From the NCBI GenBank assembly GCA_003614675.1, contig ML002298.1, forward strand, positions 1-45,927: DNA of 45,927 bases, written 5' to 3'. Every line of letters begins with the position of its first letter. Position 1 is the first letter of the stretch. This document shows positions 10,458 through 21,010 of this stretch, in pieces. This DNA is from Dimargaris cristalligena (taxonomy: Eukaryota). Made by a program: the position numbers and the translations under genes. The notes under the pieces were generated by a model. The model saw nothing but the letters and a program-made list of their open reading frames with translations. It was not told the origin of the DNA and did no database searches.

Positions 10458-12264
10458 ATGAAGCCACCCGTCTTACTGTGGGCCATCGCCCCCTTAACTG
10501 CAGTTGTGGCAACGTTAACTACCGGCGCCAGTACTGCCCTGTTCCTACAACAGCCGAACAAGCTCATTGACGGGCAAGGAAACTGTATCTCAGTGAGCGA
10601 CGGCGACATTTACTCCGGGGCCGAACTGAAGGTCCAGGCCTGCGACCGCCGCCATCCCCTCTGGCAAATCTTCCGCTCCATTCCCTACGCCCGCAAATAC
10701 AACGCGGAATACTCGGTCATTCAAGTGGATGGCAAATGCGTGCAAACGGAGGTGTCGGGGGTTGAGGGCAGTACAGATCTGGGTTTAATCACCACGGAGT
10801 GCACGTTTAACGACAACCAGCTATTCAAGTGGATCGTCAATAGTCGCGGCCGGTACCAGCTGCAGGGGCGCGAAAGTGGCCTGTGCATTGGGTCCGATTG
10901 GGAACAGAACACCCTCATGAAAACCTGCGGGGCTAATGCACCCGACCAGGTCTGGTCTCTCAACCCGATTGGCGGCGCCTTTTGCGACGACGGGGTTTGG
11001 AATGAGTTCAAGAAAGGTAAGCAATGCACAATCACCGAATTAAAACCCCTTTGACTGACTTTGGCGCCTCTTCTTCGGCAAATACATACGTTGCCCCATT
11101 TCACTGAATCACTATTATATTGATCTAACACTGGTTTCCCCTCTATATATTATTTCTGTTTGAAATACCCAATTGGTTAGGAGGCTGGTCGGTGGGCGAC
11201 CTAATGCGACGCGTCGGATTAGACGATACCCAGTACTACAATACCATTGCCAACCAGGGCATCCCGTCACTAACCATGGCTGATATCAATCTTCTCGTGA
11301 ACTGCGACATTGACATCCAAAACTATTTCTTCGACCTGGAACGTAACAACCACAATATGTTCGCCAAACTGCTCACTTACCCCGGCACCTACAATACCCA
11401 GGTGATTCTGGCCACCGAGAACACCATCTACATGTTTCTAGAATCGAAGCTGTCCAACCAGGTCTGGAAGAGCCTGGAGCCGCTGGCCGAGAACTTCATC
11501 GACCAGTTCGCCCTATTCCTGTCCACGAAATACCCCCAGTACCGGTGGATGGTTAATATCGGCAAAGAGGTCATTAAGAAGGGCATCAATAATACCGATA
11601 ATGGTACGCCGCCCGAACTGAGTTCGTGGGGCTCGCGGGTGCAGGCGATTTTCAATGAGTCGGTGGACTGTAAGTACTACTAGACCCAATTGCGATTTAG
11701 ATAGAGCTTAGTATCTGTGCTCTAAATAATGCATTCCAAGGGAGTTGAAATCAACCCCCCCCCCAGACTAGCACCATCCATCGCTTACCGGAAAACTTAC
11801 CTCTGACCCTACTATGCCAATTTTCCGTTTATTATTATTTTTTACCGTCTCCAGCCATCTGGAATATGCACATCCAGGTGCTCAACTCCACCGACCACCA
11901 AAAATACGAATCCTACGCCACGTTGTACCAAACCAAGACCATCCAGGAAATTTTTGGCAGCGAAGAGGACATTCGTTCGCAAATCACGGTGATGCTATCC
12001 AAGCAAATCAGCAAAGCACCCGCCATGGCCAGTTACTGCTGCGTAACGCGCCATTCGCTTAAGTTGGGCGGAACGGACTATCAGGACCCCGAGACGGGCT
12101 TGTATTATCGGGCGGTGTTTCCCGGTCGAACGCACCAACAGATGTTTAGTAAGCCGCTGAGCAAGTTCGTGGATATTGTCGATTTGGTCCATTCGCGCAA
12201 CGGGTGGGGACTGCGTCAGGTTCAGACTTTCAGTAACTGGGGTACCTGTACCCTGCCCATTTAA
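10458..12264 (+). CDS. Secreted ricin-B (beta-trefoil) lectin-domain protein with an uncharacterised C-terminal region; exons 10458-11016, 11181-11669, 11855-12264 (485 aa)
   Basis: Signal peptide MKPPVLLWAIAPLTAVVA, then three Cys-paired repeats ending WQIF, NQLF and DQVW (QxW-type). Two phase-1 introns (GTAAGC..TAG and GTAAGT..CAG) join track ORFs 10458, 11192 and 11866 exactly in frame. Confidence 0.8.
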
Positions 12265-12895
12265 GTAGCACTCGTGAGGCTATACAGAGTGTAAGTTGGG
12301 GGGGGGAGGGTTGTTCTAATTGACCCAACATCTAGCCGCTTAGCCTATTTAGAGGGTTAGCAACGTATCCTACCTTTTGGAATGTGGAAATTTATACCAC
12401 CTGTACTCCTTTAGGACTTAGTTTTATGATTTAGCGGGGTGAGGGTTGCCCCTAATTATGGTCACATTGACAATAAATCTTAGTGATGAATTCATACCAG
12501 CTCATTAACGAACATTGATGACCAACAGTTAAAATGATAATGCCTTTCTACATAAATGTCCTCAAGATTCATCACACCCATTCGTCTTTAAGCAACACAT
12601 TTAGACTTGTAGATAGTATTTCCAAAAATTAAACTCTTGTTAGGATAGTTTGCATCGAATAATCCCAAACCACCTCAAAAACTACCCACAACTAAAAATA
12701 TTCAAATAACACATGTGCGGGGAATGCAATTTTATTTATTCAAAGGGGGTATTTTGCGGTTTTTTACACCACAGGTAATAGAACCAACGGACGAAGACAA
12801 TAACAGCCAAGATACGGAAAAACCAATGAGTTAACACATATTACATGACCATTAAACCAAGCGACGGATAAAGGGGAGAGCAAACGCTCTCGCAT

Positions 12896-13723
12896 TTAAG
12901 CGTCCCAACCGGCGGTGGGCTGGTTAGTGTCGGCGGCCCAGTCGGCAGCGGGGGCCTCAGCACCCCATTCGGCACCCTCCCACTGGCCGGGAGCGGCTTG
13001 AGCTTCGGCGGGGGCATCCCACTCAGCGGTGTCCTTGGTGGCCTCCCACTTGCTGGCGGCCTCCTTCTCGGCGGCTTCCAAAGCTTCCTTCTCAGCTTCC
13101 TCGGGGTCGCGGTAGAAGAACATGTCGACCATGACGTTCCATTCCTCGGAGCGCTTGATGGTACCACGCATGCGGAGGATCTCACGGGCCAACAGCCAGA
13201 TACCCAGACCCATGGCGTGCTTGTTGGAGTTGTTGATGGGGATGGCCACATCGACGTGGTTCATGGGGGAGTCAGTGTTACAGAAGGCAATGACGGGGAT
13301 GTTCACGTACGAGGCTTCCATGATGGGCTGGTGGTCAGCCTGGGGGTCGCACACGATGATCACACGGGGTTCCTTGAAGGAGCGGGTGATGTAGTTGGTG
13401 AAGGTACCGGGGGTGAAGCGACCGGCGATGGCCTGGGCACCGGTGTGGACGGCGAACTTATGGGAAGCACGCTGGCCGAAGGGACGGGACGAGATGATGG
13501 CGATATCGGCGGGGTTCTCGATGGCGACCAGGATACGGGCGGCCATGACGATCTTTTCCCAGGTCTTGCCGACGTTGATGATGTTCACACCATCGGAACG
13601 ACGCTTGTAGATGTAGGGGGACATGCGGGTATCGGCGTTCTGGGCACCGAGGTGGGCCTTAGCGGCCAGGAGGCGGAGGATGTCATCCTGGGAAGCCTTG
13701 AGGCAGTTGGGTAAATTAGTCAT
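12896..13723 (-). CDS. RPS0: 40S ribosomal protein uS2 (S0/SA)
   Basis: Motifs [33 protein letters not shown] and DVAIPINN, with an acidic Trp-repeat tail. Confidence 0.98.
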   Translation of the reverse strand: MTNLPNCLKASQDDILRLLAAKAHLGAQNADTRMSPYIYKRRSDGVNIINVGKTWEKIVMAARILVAIENPADIAIISSRPFGQRASHKFAVHTGAQAIAGRFTPGTFTNYITRSFKEPRVIIVCDPQADHQPIMEASYVNIPVIAFCNTDSPMNHVDVAIPINNSNKHAMGLGIWLLAREILRMRGTIKRSEEWNVMVDMFFYRDPEEAEKEALEAAEKEAASKWEATKDTAEWDAPAEAQAAPGQWEGAEWGAEAPAADWAADTNQPTAGWDA

Positions 13724-13758
13724 GTTGTCTGTCGAAGTTGGTTATGGGTGACAGGTGT

Positions 13759-14442
13759 CTGAAAGGGTTGAGATGGGCGCAAGTAGAAAATTAAATACGG
13801 ATATATATTATAAAAAGGAAAATAGGTTAGTGGGAGTTTATCCAAAGATCGGGCAATGGGTGAATTTGACTCACTGTCTTGATCGGCTCTGTGAATCTCC
13901 GTCCCACGCTGAATCAACGAAAGACCATAGTAAGGTTTCGAGATGCGCACATGGCAAGGCCAGTCGATGGATAGCCGTAGTTTCGTTAAATATCGAACCC
14001 CTCGATTCCCAGGCAATCGCACCGGACCGATCGTTTCGACCCATACCCACACACCGGAGACTATCTAACGGGGAGGATGGATGGATGGATGGATACGGGA
14101 CCAATGGCGATACGGATGGCACGGAGGGGGGAGGCGTGGAGGGGGAAACTCGTTGAATCGATGGAACAGCACCTACCGGATACTATTGAACCCCGGATAC
14201 GGTCGAAATTACGAGCCGAAAGTCGTTCTAAAAGGCGTTTAGAAAAGAGGAGGAACCCGGGCTTTCCGCGTAGTATTCCGGAGTTATAGATGTCTTTTCA
14301 CAATGCCATCATTTGGACTCCATTGGCTAGTATTTTTTCTTTGGTATGTGTAGGAGGGGGAAGAGGGCCACTCTAATTCTCCCATGGCCGTTTCAAGTGA
14401 ATTTTGGACAAGGGCGTAGGAGGAGGGGGGGACATTTCTTAC
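13759..14442 (-). other. Probable 5'UTR intron of RPS0
   Basis: On the minus strand: donor GTAAGA at 14442 after a pyrimidine-rich leader, branch point CACTAAC at 13832-13826, and acceptor TTTCAG ending at 13759, 35 nt before the ATG. A second donor-like GTAGGT is at 14176. Confidence 0.65.
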
Positions 14443-14553
14443 TAGGAGAACGCGAGTGGGTGGTTGAAGGGCAAAGGGGAGAAAGAGGACTAGGGTGATT
14501 GGAGCAACCAGACTCGCTGCAGCGACAAGGAGGCAAGGCGAGAGCGAGGATCA

Positions 14554-14580
14554 CTAAGGGCAGGGATTAGATCACGTGAT
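14554..14580. promoter_or_regulatory. Elements of the RPS0/RPS18 bidirectional promoter: ATCACGTGAT E-box palindrome and an AGGGCAGGG element
   Basis: Perfect 10-bp palindrome at 14571-14580 between two divergent ribosomal protein genes. TCACGTG is the Cbf1/bHLH site. Confidence 0.55.
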
Positions 14581-14890
14581 TAAAACGAGATGCGAATTTC
14601 ATCCCATAGTGCTCTTCCCCTCCATATTCTACCAGCAACCTACCTCTCATTCAGTCAAGCTGGTATTTTGTGTGTAGTGGCCTATAGAGAGCGTGGATGT
14701 TTATCCACCAAATGGCCCAGTAAAGGGAATGCAGCTTGGCTACTCATAAAAACCAACCCACCCACTAACCAACCTATCCGAGGGAGACCATCCCATATAA
14801 CAATTGTTGAAATGGCCACGACCCTGCTCCCTCCTTTCTGATTTCCAGTACAGTTGCCCTTCTCGTCCATCTGGCTGACCGATAATCACA

Positions 14891-16091
14891 ATGGTACGTA
14901 CGCCATCCCGTTACTTCGATTCCTGACATCACTACTATTACCACTACCACCCTTGCGACGCATACGGCCCATTGCACCGCCGCCGACCCGTCCGATCACA
15001 ACCCATCCATCCATCCATTCAGCCGTGAACCTGCCTATCCGTGTTGTAGGTGTCGCGATCTTCGACATTCTCGTTGGAACTGCATGGCTATCGGCCGGGT
15101 GATGGATGGATAGATATACGGATCAATGTGTGTCCGTCTAGGGAGGAACGGAACATATCCAAATCGCTCAACGCATCGTCTAGCACTGTCCTGCTTGTCC
15201 ATTCCTAATGAACCGGTTACTAACTTTGTCTGACAATCCCTTTTCTCTGAATCCCTTCATCCGAATCCGCCTTCTCCATTCATCCCAACTCTCGCACCAT
15301 CTGATCCACCCAGTCTCTCGTGGTCCCCGACAAGAACCAATTCCAGCACATTCTGCGTCTGCTCAACACCAATGTTGACGGTAAGATCAAGGTCATGTAC
15401 GCCTTGACTGCCATCAAGGGTGTGGGTCGCCGTTACTCCAACCTGGTGTGCAAGAAGGCCGATGTCGACATTAACAAGCGCGCCGGTGAGCTGTCCAACG
15501 AGGAGCTCGAACGCCTGGTGACCATCATGCAGAACCCCCTGGACTACAACATCCCCAAGTGGTTCCTCAATCGGCAAAAGGACATCGTGGACGGCAAATA
15601 CTCCCAGCTGCTGTCCAACGGCTTGGACAACAAGCTCCGTGAGGATTTGGAACGTCTCAAGAAGATCCGTAACCACCGTGGTCTGCGTCACTTCTGGGGC
15701 CTCCGTGTCCGTGGTCAGCACACCAAGACCACCGGTCGCCGTGGCCGCACCGTCGGTGTGTCCAAGAAGAAGAGTAAGTGGATTACTACTACGACTAACC
15801 CTGTACGACTGGGGATGGGTGGCTACCGCTGCCCGTCGTTTACCCAGCCGATATTTATTCGGGGAGGGGATTATTCCCCTCCCTGTTCACTGACTCGAAA
15901 TGATGATCACATTCTTATCTACATTATCCGAATAGGCGCTGTGGACATTTTATTCCAAAATTTTCTGATTCTCTTGTCATGCAACTACTGCATACCCAGT
16001 TCGTGGACTAGTCCATCTATTTTACCTAGAATCAGTTTACTAACCCTTTGCTTACTGTTAAATCTGATCACACTCACCCTTACTAGACTAA
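14891..16091 (+). CDS. RPS18: 40S ribosomal protein uS13 (S18); exons 14891-14893, 15314-15773, 16087-16091 (155 aa)
   Basis: ATG|GTACGT...CAG|TCTCTCGTG gives MSLVVPDK. Motifs [14 protein letters not shown] and [28 protein letters not shown]. The last intron (GTAAGT at 15774, TACTAAC at 16038, TAG ending 16086) leaves a final exon of AC+TAA. Confidence 0.96.
15896..15971 (+). ncRNA. Intronic box C/D snoRNA, snR62/U34-like (LSU rRNA 2'-O-methylation guide)
   Basis: C box ATGATGA 15900-15906, D' CCGA 15928-15931, C'-like TGTGGA 15940-15945, D box CTGA 15965-15968, and a short GAA/TTC terminal stem. The guide CTTATCTACATTAT (15914-15927) is complementary to the fungal LSU sequence AUAAUGUAGAUAAG. 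Confidence 0.85.
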
Positions 16092-18199
16092 ATCTCGTCG
16101 GACATTCTTGAAGACTCCCTCATCAACCTTTGGTCAATGCCTACGTATCGTTCTTTCCCTCGACAAAAGTTTGGAGCGGCTATATTCTTCATTTCCGAGT
16201 TCTTTCGTCGGACCATGTGTCTATTTACCGCTCATTTTGGGAAAATTGTGTCACTTGCTAACAAGTAATAAACATCAGTGTACCTTTTCTCCTTTGTTGC
16301 TGTTAATTCATTCTGGTAGATGGCTTGTAGTTTTTAATTAATTGTAATCTGTATATAGTTTGTGGTGGTCAGATATTAGTTTGTTAATGGGGTTCCCTTA
16401 TAATTCATCGATATAATCACAACTCGATTGGACTCTATCTGACTGTATCCTAGGACTATTTTACACGACGTCAGATTCCTTTATGTGCAATACCTCATGC
16501 GATTTGAGCTTCCATTTCACAGACCCTCATTGCTAATGTGGGAGAAGTTCATTCAGGCTGTATAACGAAAAATCCATTGGATGAGGCCAATATTACTGGT
16601 TAAAAGCTATTCTCACATATATTCACCAATACACGTATTATGTAAAACCTTATACAACTGATTTGAATTTCATCCATGTTTCCCCACCTGCTTTTTACTT
16701 GGCATTAGTTTCCTGGAGTTTACTGAGCTTTGAACATGCGTTTTGTCAATAGTACCATCACTTTACTATGCCTGCTTTCATAAAATTAATACACGTGCAG
16801 GTTTTATCTAATTTGGTAATAGCAGAGTGGTTTATAATTTAGCTAAAGTAACCAAGTTCTACGACATGCTATCCTCCATCACCGTGGAATTAATCCACAA
16901 GTTGAGCTCATATTGGAACATTACTTCTATACGGTAATTACTGAATAGCGGAGACACTCTATAATATATATTTAATGCTAGTGGTTTATCTACGACTATT
17001 ATGCGGGTTTGCTTACACTAATTAAGTACTTGATAAGAGCTGTGACGTTCTACGTTAAATGTCTAATGCACAGTATATTATTGACATGTCTCTCTGCGTC
17101 CTTTTAATTGTCACTCGACAGTCCAAGTTATTACTGCCTTGCATTCTTCCGGGGTACCTTGGCTTTACTACAGCACGCCATATTCATATCACGGTTTCAA
17201 CTACTCCACCAACCCTTTATAAAGGACATCCTCAGTGGACGTGGAATAAGAACAATCATCACCATCCTCTACAACTCGCACCACCACCTTTCTAGTTCTT
17301 TTATGTGTCTATTTATACATATCTTCTTTGCACACCCCGAATAAACCATCGTCTTAACTCCAACATTGACGCTGAACGAAGTAAGGTTTCCTTTTAACGC
17401 GTATATCGTTATAGCCATTACTAGGTGGGAGAGACCCTATAATTCTTATTTAATGCCAGTGGCATATTCGACGACCATTTTGCAGGCTGCCTTGCCCTAA
17501 TTAAGCACTTGATAAAAGCATTGTGCCTTAAGGGGCGGAATTATGAGGCTTCTTGTAATAGGGAGAGATACTACGGTTGGCCGTATAGCTTGAATCTAGT
17601 GATAGAAGGAGAGGCGAATGCATGAAATCCAGTCACGTGAAATATTTTCGGACCCGGATGTCTTATCTGCCTGTCTGGGCGATTCACAAGCTACGCGTTG
17701 GGGGAAAAGGGCCTTGACTATTTGCCAAGTTGAAAGTACAGTTTCCTGGTATTCTTCCCATATAATGAGAGGAAGTATTCAAGCCTACTATTATTATGGC
17801 CAGCCAAGCGGCTTATCAATATGGGAAGGATATCGGAACGAGTCCGTGATACGCCCCATGGGCCATACAGCCAGGCTGGATAACTCCAGAATGGGGTATG
17901 CGATAAGGGGAATTAGATGGGGCAGAGTAAGGCTTCCATTATTGCCCAGGAAGGTGGTAGAGCACAGGTAAGGTCCCCAACCAGTCTTCGGCAGTATTGG
18001 CCACGTATGGGGTGCGCTATACTATGCCACTTATACTCTCCACAGACTTGTAGAGAGGTTTCAAGAGACCAGTGTGATTCACGACAGCGTCAGTCCTGCG
18101 CATACTCCCCCGGTTTGATTCCACAGCCTTTCCTTTCTACTTTTCGGTTGACCCTTTCCTACTATTCTCCATTCGAAGTATCCTTTATAGTCTTACGCC

Positions 18200-19974
18200 A
18201 TGGCCTCCAAACTATTTTCCGCCAGCAGCCTGCGTGCCTCCAAGGTAAAGACAGACTCCTCCCCTATACTCATCCTATCCCTAGGCTCTTAGATTAGGTC
18301 GGAGCAATCATACATGGAGTGGTCGCCACGCTCTCGCTACTAAAAATAAACCGCCCCAACCAGGGAATGGGATGCACCTCGATCCGATCCCTGATCGATC
18401 CAGCCACCAAAATACCTTCAATCCAGTACAGGCGAATATACCCCATTCGGATTGTCTCGTTGGATGGACGATTCAGCCTTGTCGTATAGAAGGACATGTT
18501 ACCTATAGAGTACTCTTATCGTCGTACCTATTACTAACTCTTTCCCCCCTCTGCTCAATGACTTATCTATATACCTAATAACGTACACCACCAGGTCGCT
18601 CGTCAGGGCCCCTCCACCCTGCTGCGCCAGGGCTTCGCCACCGCTTCGGAGGTGCTCCAGCCCCAGACCAAGGTTTCCCGCCTGGCTAACGGCCTCACCA
18701 TTGCCACCGAAGCCAACCCGGCTCTCCAGACTGCCACCGTTGGTATGTGGATCAACGCCGGTAGCCGGGCCGAGACCGCCGCCAACAACGGCGCCGCCCA
18801 CTTCCTCGAACACATGTCGTTCAAGGGTACGGCCAAGCGCAGCCAGCGCGACCTGGAAATGACCATTGAAAACATGGGCGCCCACTTGAACGCCTACACC
18901 TCCCGGGAACAGACCGTCTACTTCGCCAAAGCCTTCCGGTCCGACGTGCCCGCCTCCGTTGAAATTCTGTCCGACATTCTGCAGAACTCCACCCTGAGCG
19001 AAGATGCCATCGAGCGTGAGCGTGACGTGATCAACCGCGAACAGCAGGAGGTCGACAAGGTCATGGAGGAGGTCGTATTCGACCACCTGCACGCCACCGC
19101 CTTCCAGACCCACTCTCTGGGCCGTACCATCCTGGGCCCCAAGGAGAACATCAACACCCTGAGCCGCACTGACCTGAAGAACTACATCTCGACCAACTAC
19201 GCCGGTGACCGCATGGTCCTGGTCGGTTCCGGTGCCGTCGAACACGAGAAGCTGGTGGAGCTCGCTGAGAAGCACTTCGGTCAGCTCAAGGCCAACTCCA
19301 TTGTGGAGGGCTCCGATTCCCAGGTCGCCCCCAGCTTCACCGGTTCCGAAGTTCTGATCCGTAACGACGATATGGATACCACCCACATCGCTCTGGCCGT
19401 CGAGGGCGTCAGCTGGTCCGACCCCGACTACTTCACCGCCCTGCTCATGCAGGCGATCATCGGTAACTGGGACCGCTCCCTCGGTGCCGCCGCCAATGGC
19501 TCCTCCCGTCTCTCCCAGATTGTGGGCCCCCGCCAGCTCGCCAACTCGTACATGTCCTTCAACACCTCCTACTCCGATACCGGTCTCTGGGGTCTGTATC
19601 TGACCTCCCAGTCCCGTACTCACCTCGACGACTTGGTCTACTTCGCTCTGAAGGAATGGAGCCGTCTGTACGTGTCCGTGTCCGAGTCTGAAGTCACCCG
19701 GGCCAAGCAGCAGCTCAAGGCCGCCCTCGTCTTCGGCCTGGACGGTACCACCGCCGTTGCTGAAGACATTGGTCGCCAGATGCTCACTTCCGGCAACCGT
19801 ATGCTGCCCAGCGAGATTGCCGCCAAGATCGATGCCATCACCGTCAGTGACGTCCGTCGTGTCGCCGGTGAGAAGCTGTGGGACCGTGAAGTCGCCGTGG
19901 TTGGTGTGGGAGCCGTCGAGGGTATGCCCGACTTCAACCGCATCCGTGGCTGGACCTCGTGGAACCGGGTGTAA
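18200..19974 (+). CDS. MAS1: Mitochondrial processing peptidase beta subunit / complex III core 1 (M16); exons 18200-18244, 18595-19974 (474 aa)
   Basis: Intact HFLEH inverted zinc motif, LNAYTSREQT and FNTSYSDTGLWG. The presequence is split by a phase-0 intron with TACTAAC at 18532. Confidence 0.93.
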
Positions 19975-21010
19975 ATTATAATAAACCCGAAGTGTACCCC
20001 TCCGAGATACCCATACGAATGAAAACAAAGTGACATTGGGTGTTATTTATTTTTTTGGCACCCTAATGTTCTTGTTTCTATTCTTCATCACCCCTAGATT
20101 ATTATCCCCCTTTTCTTCCTCCTCCCTCCCACGGCTTCGAAATCCGACCTCTGGTAGCCTACTACTCTGCTTCACCCAGCCCAACCCAACCCACAACTCC
20201 CTCCTCTTCCCTCCCTTCTGTTTTTCACCAAATACCCGTTTTAGTTACCTTATCAGTAAACGTAGGTTATGGTGGGCTTTTACGATCCCATCGGGAACTA
20301 GTTATAAATCTTCTTTGGTTTTTATGATTGAATTTATTGATATGGACGCGCTGGTTTGGCTTATCTTGGTTGGCTATGGTATTGCTTTGGCGGCTTGGTC
20401 AACTTTGGAATGGATCTGAACTGGCGTATTGCGACTTGAGTATATATTGTCGTTCTGTAGTATTGATGTTTTAGTAACTGGTATACACTGTACGCTTTCG
20501 CTGGTAGGGGATGATGCTTACATATATTTAATAAAATGATGACCCAAAATGGTATATAAATTTGTCTACTATTCCAAAGTATACGAGAATTCTAGTGACT
20601 ATTAGGGAGAAGGCCAAGCTGGTTACTGCTACTGGTTATAAAATCCCTTCCCTCCTGGATTCCCATAGGCGATGGTAAGTGACGATCACGTGCATCTCTT
20701 TTATGTTTCCCTGCTTTTCAAAGTAGACGCACATTTGTCTCGCCCAGCGATTCCTTCTGCCATTCGGGCAATATCTCTCGTTGAGGGTGACGGCCATGCG
20801 GCTATTTTTCAGGTTAACAAGCATGGTGCCCATGTTTCCTAACCATCCTTTCCGTTTCACGTCCGTCCATATTTATTTTCAATAGTATTTTAGGTAGTTC
20901 CCCATTCCACAACTTGAAAGCCGCCAACTTCTTTCCAGCCGATTCGCTGGATAGCACATCCCTATCCTTTAGTACCCCATTATCCTCCGTCCATTCTACC
21001 CGTCGCAGCC

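Noticed and set aside
12483-12575. GTGATGAAT/ATTCATCAC inverted repeat with C-box-like motifs
   Set aside because: No CTGA D box at a suitable position and no guide. A 9-bp repeat in AT-rich 3' DNA can arise by chance.
12998-13714. 238-aa ORF antisense to RPS0
   Set aside because: Expected from strong codon bias: avoidance of TTA/CTA/TCA removes antisense stops.
14226-14244. CGCCTTTTA resembling U5 snRNA loop 1 on the minus strand
   Set aside because: The loop is not the full GCCUUUUAC, the pairing register is wrong, and I see no U5 stem or Sm-site layout.
15003-15157. Possible H/ACA snoRNA in RPS18 intron 1
   Set aside because: Two hairpins and an ACA are present, but there is no ANANNA hinge and no recognisable pseudouridylation pocket.
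18499-20028. 509-aa ORF antisense to MAS1
   Set aside because: In-register antisense shadow of a highly biased gene, with no motifs.
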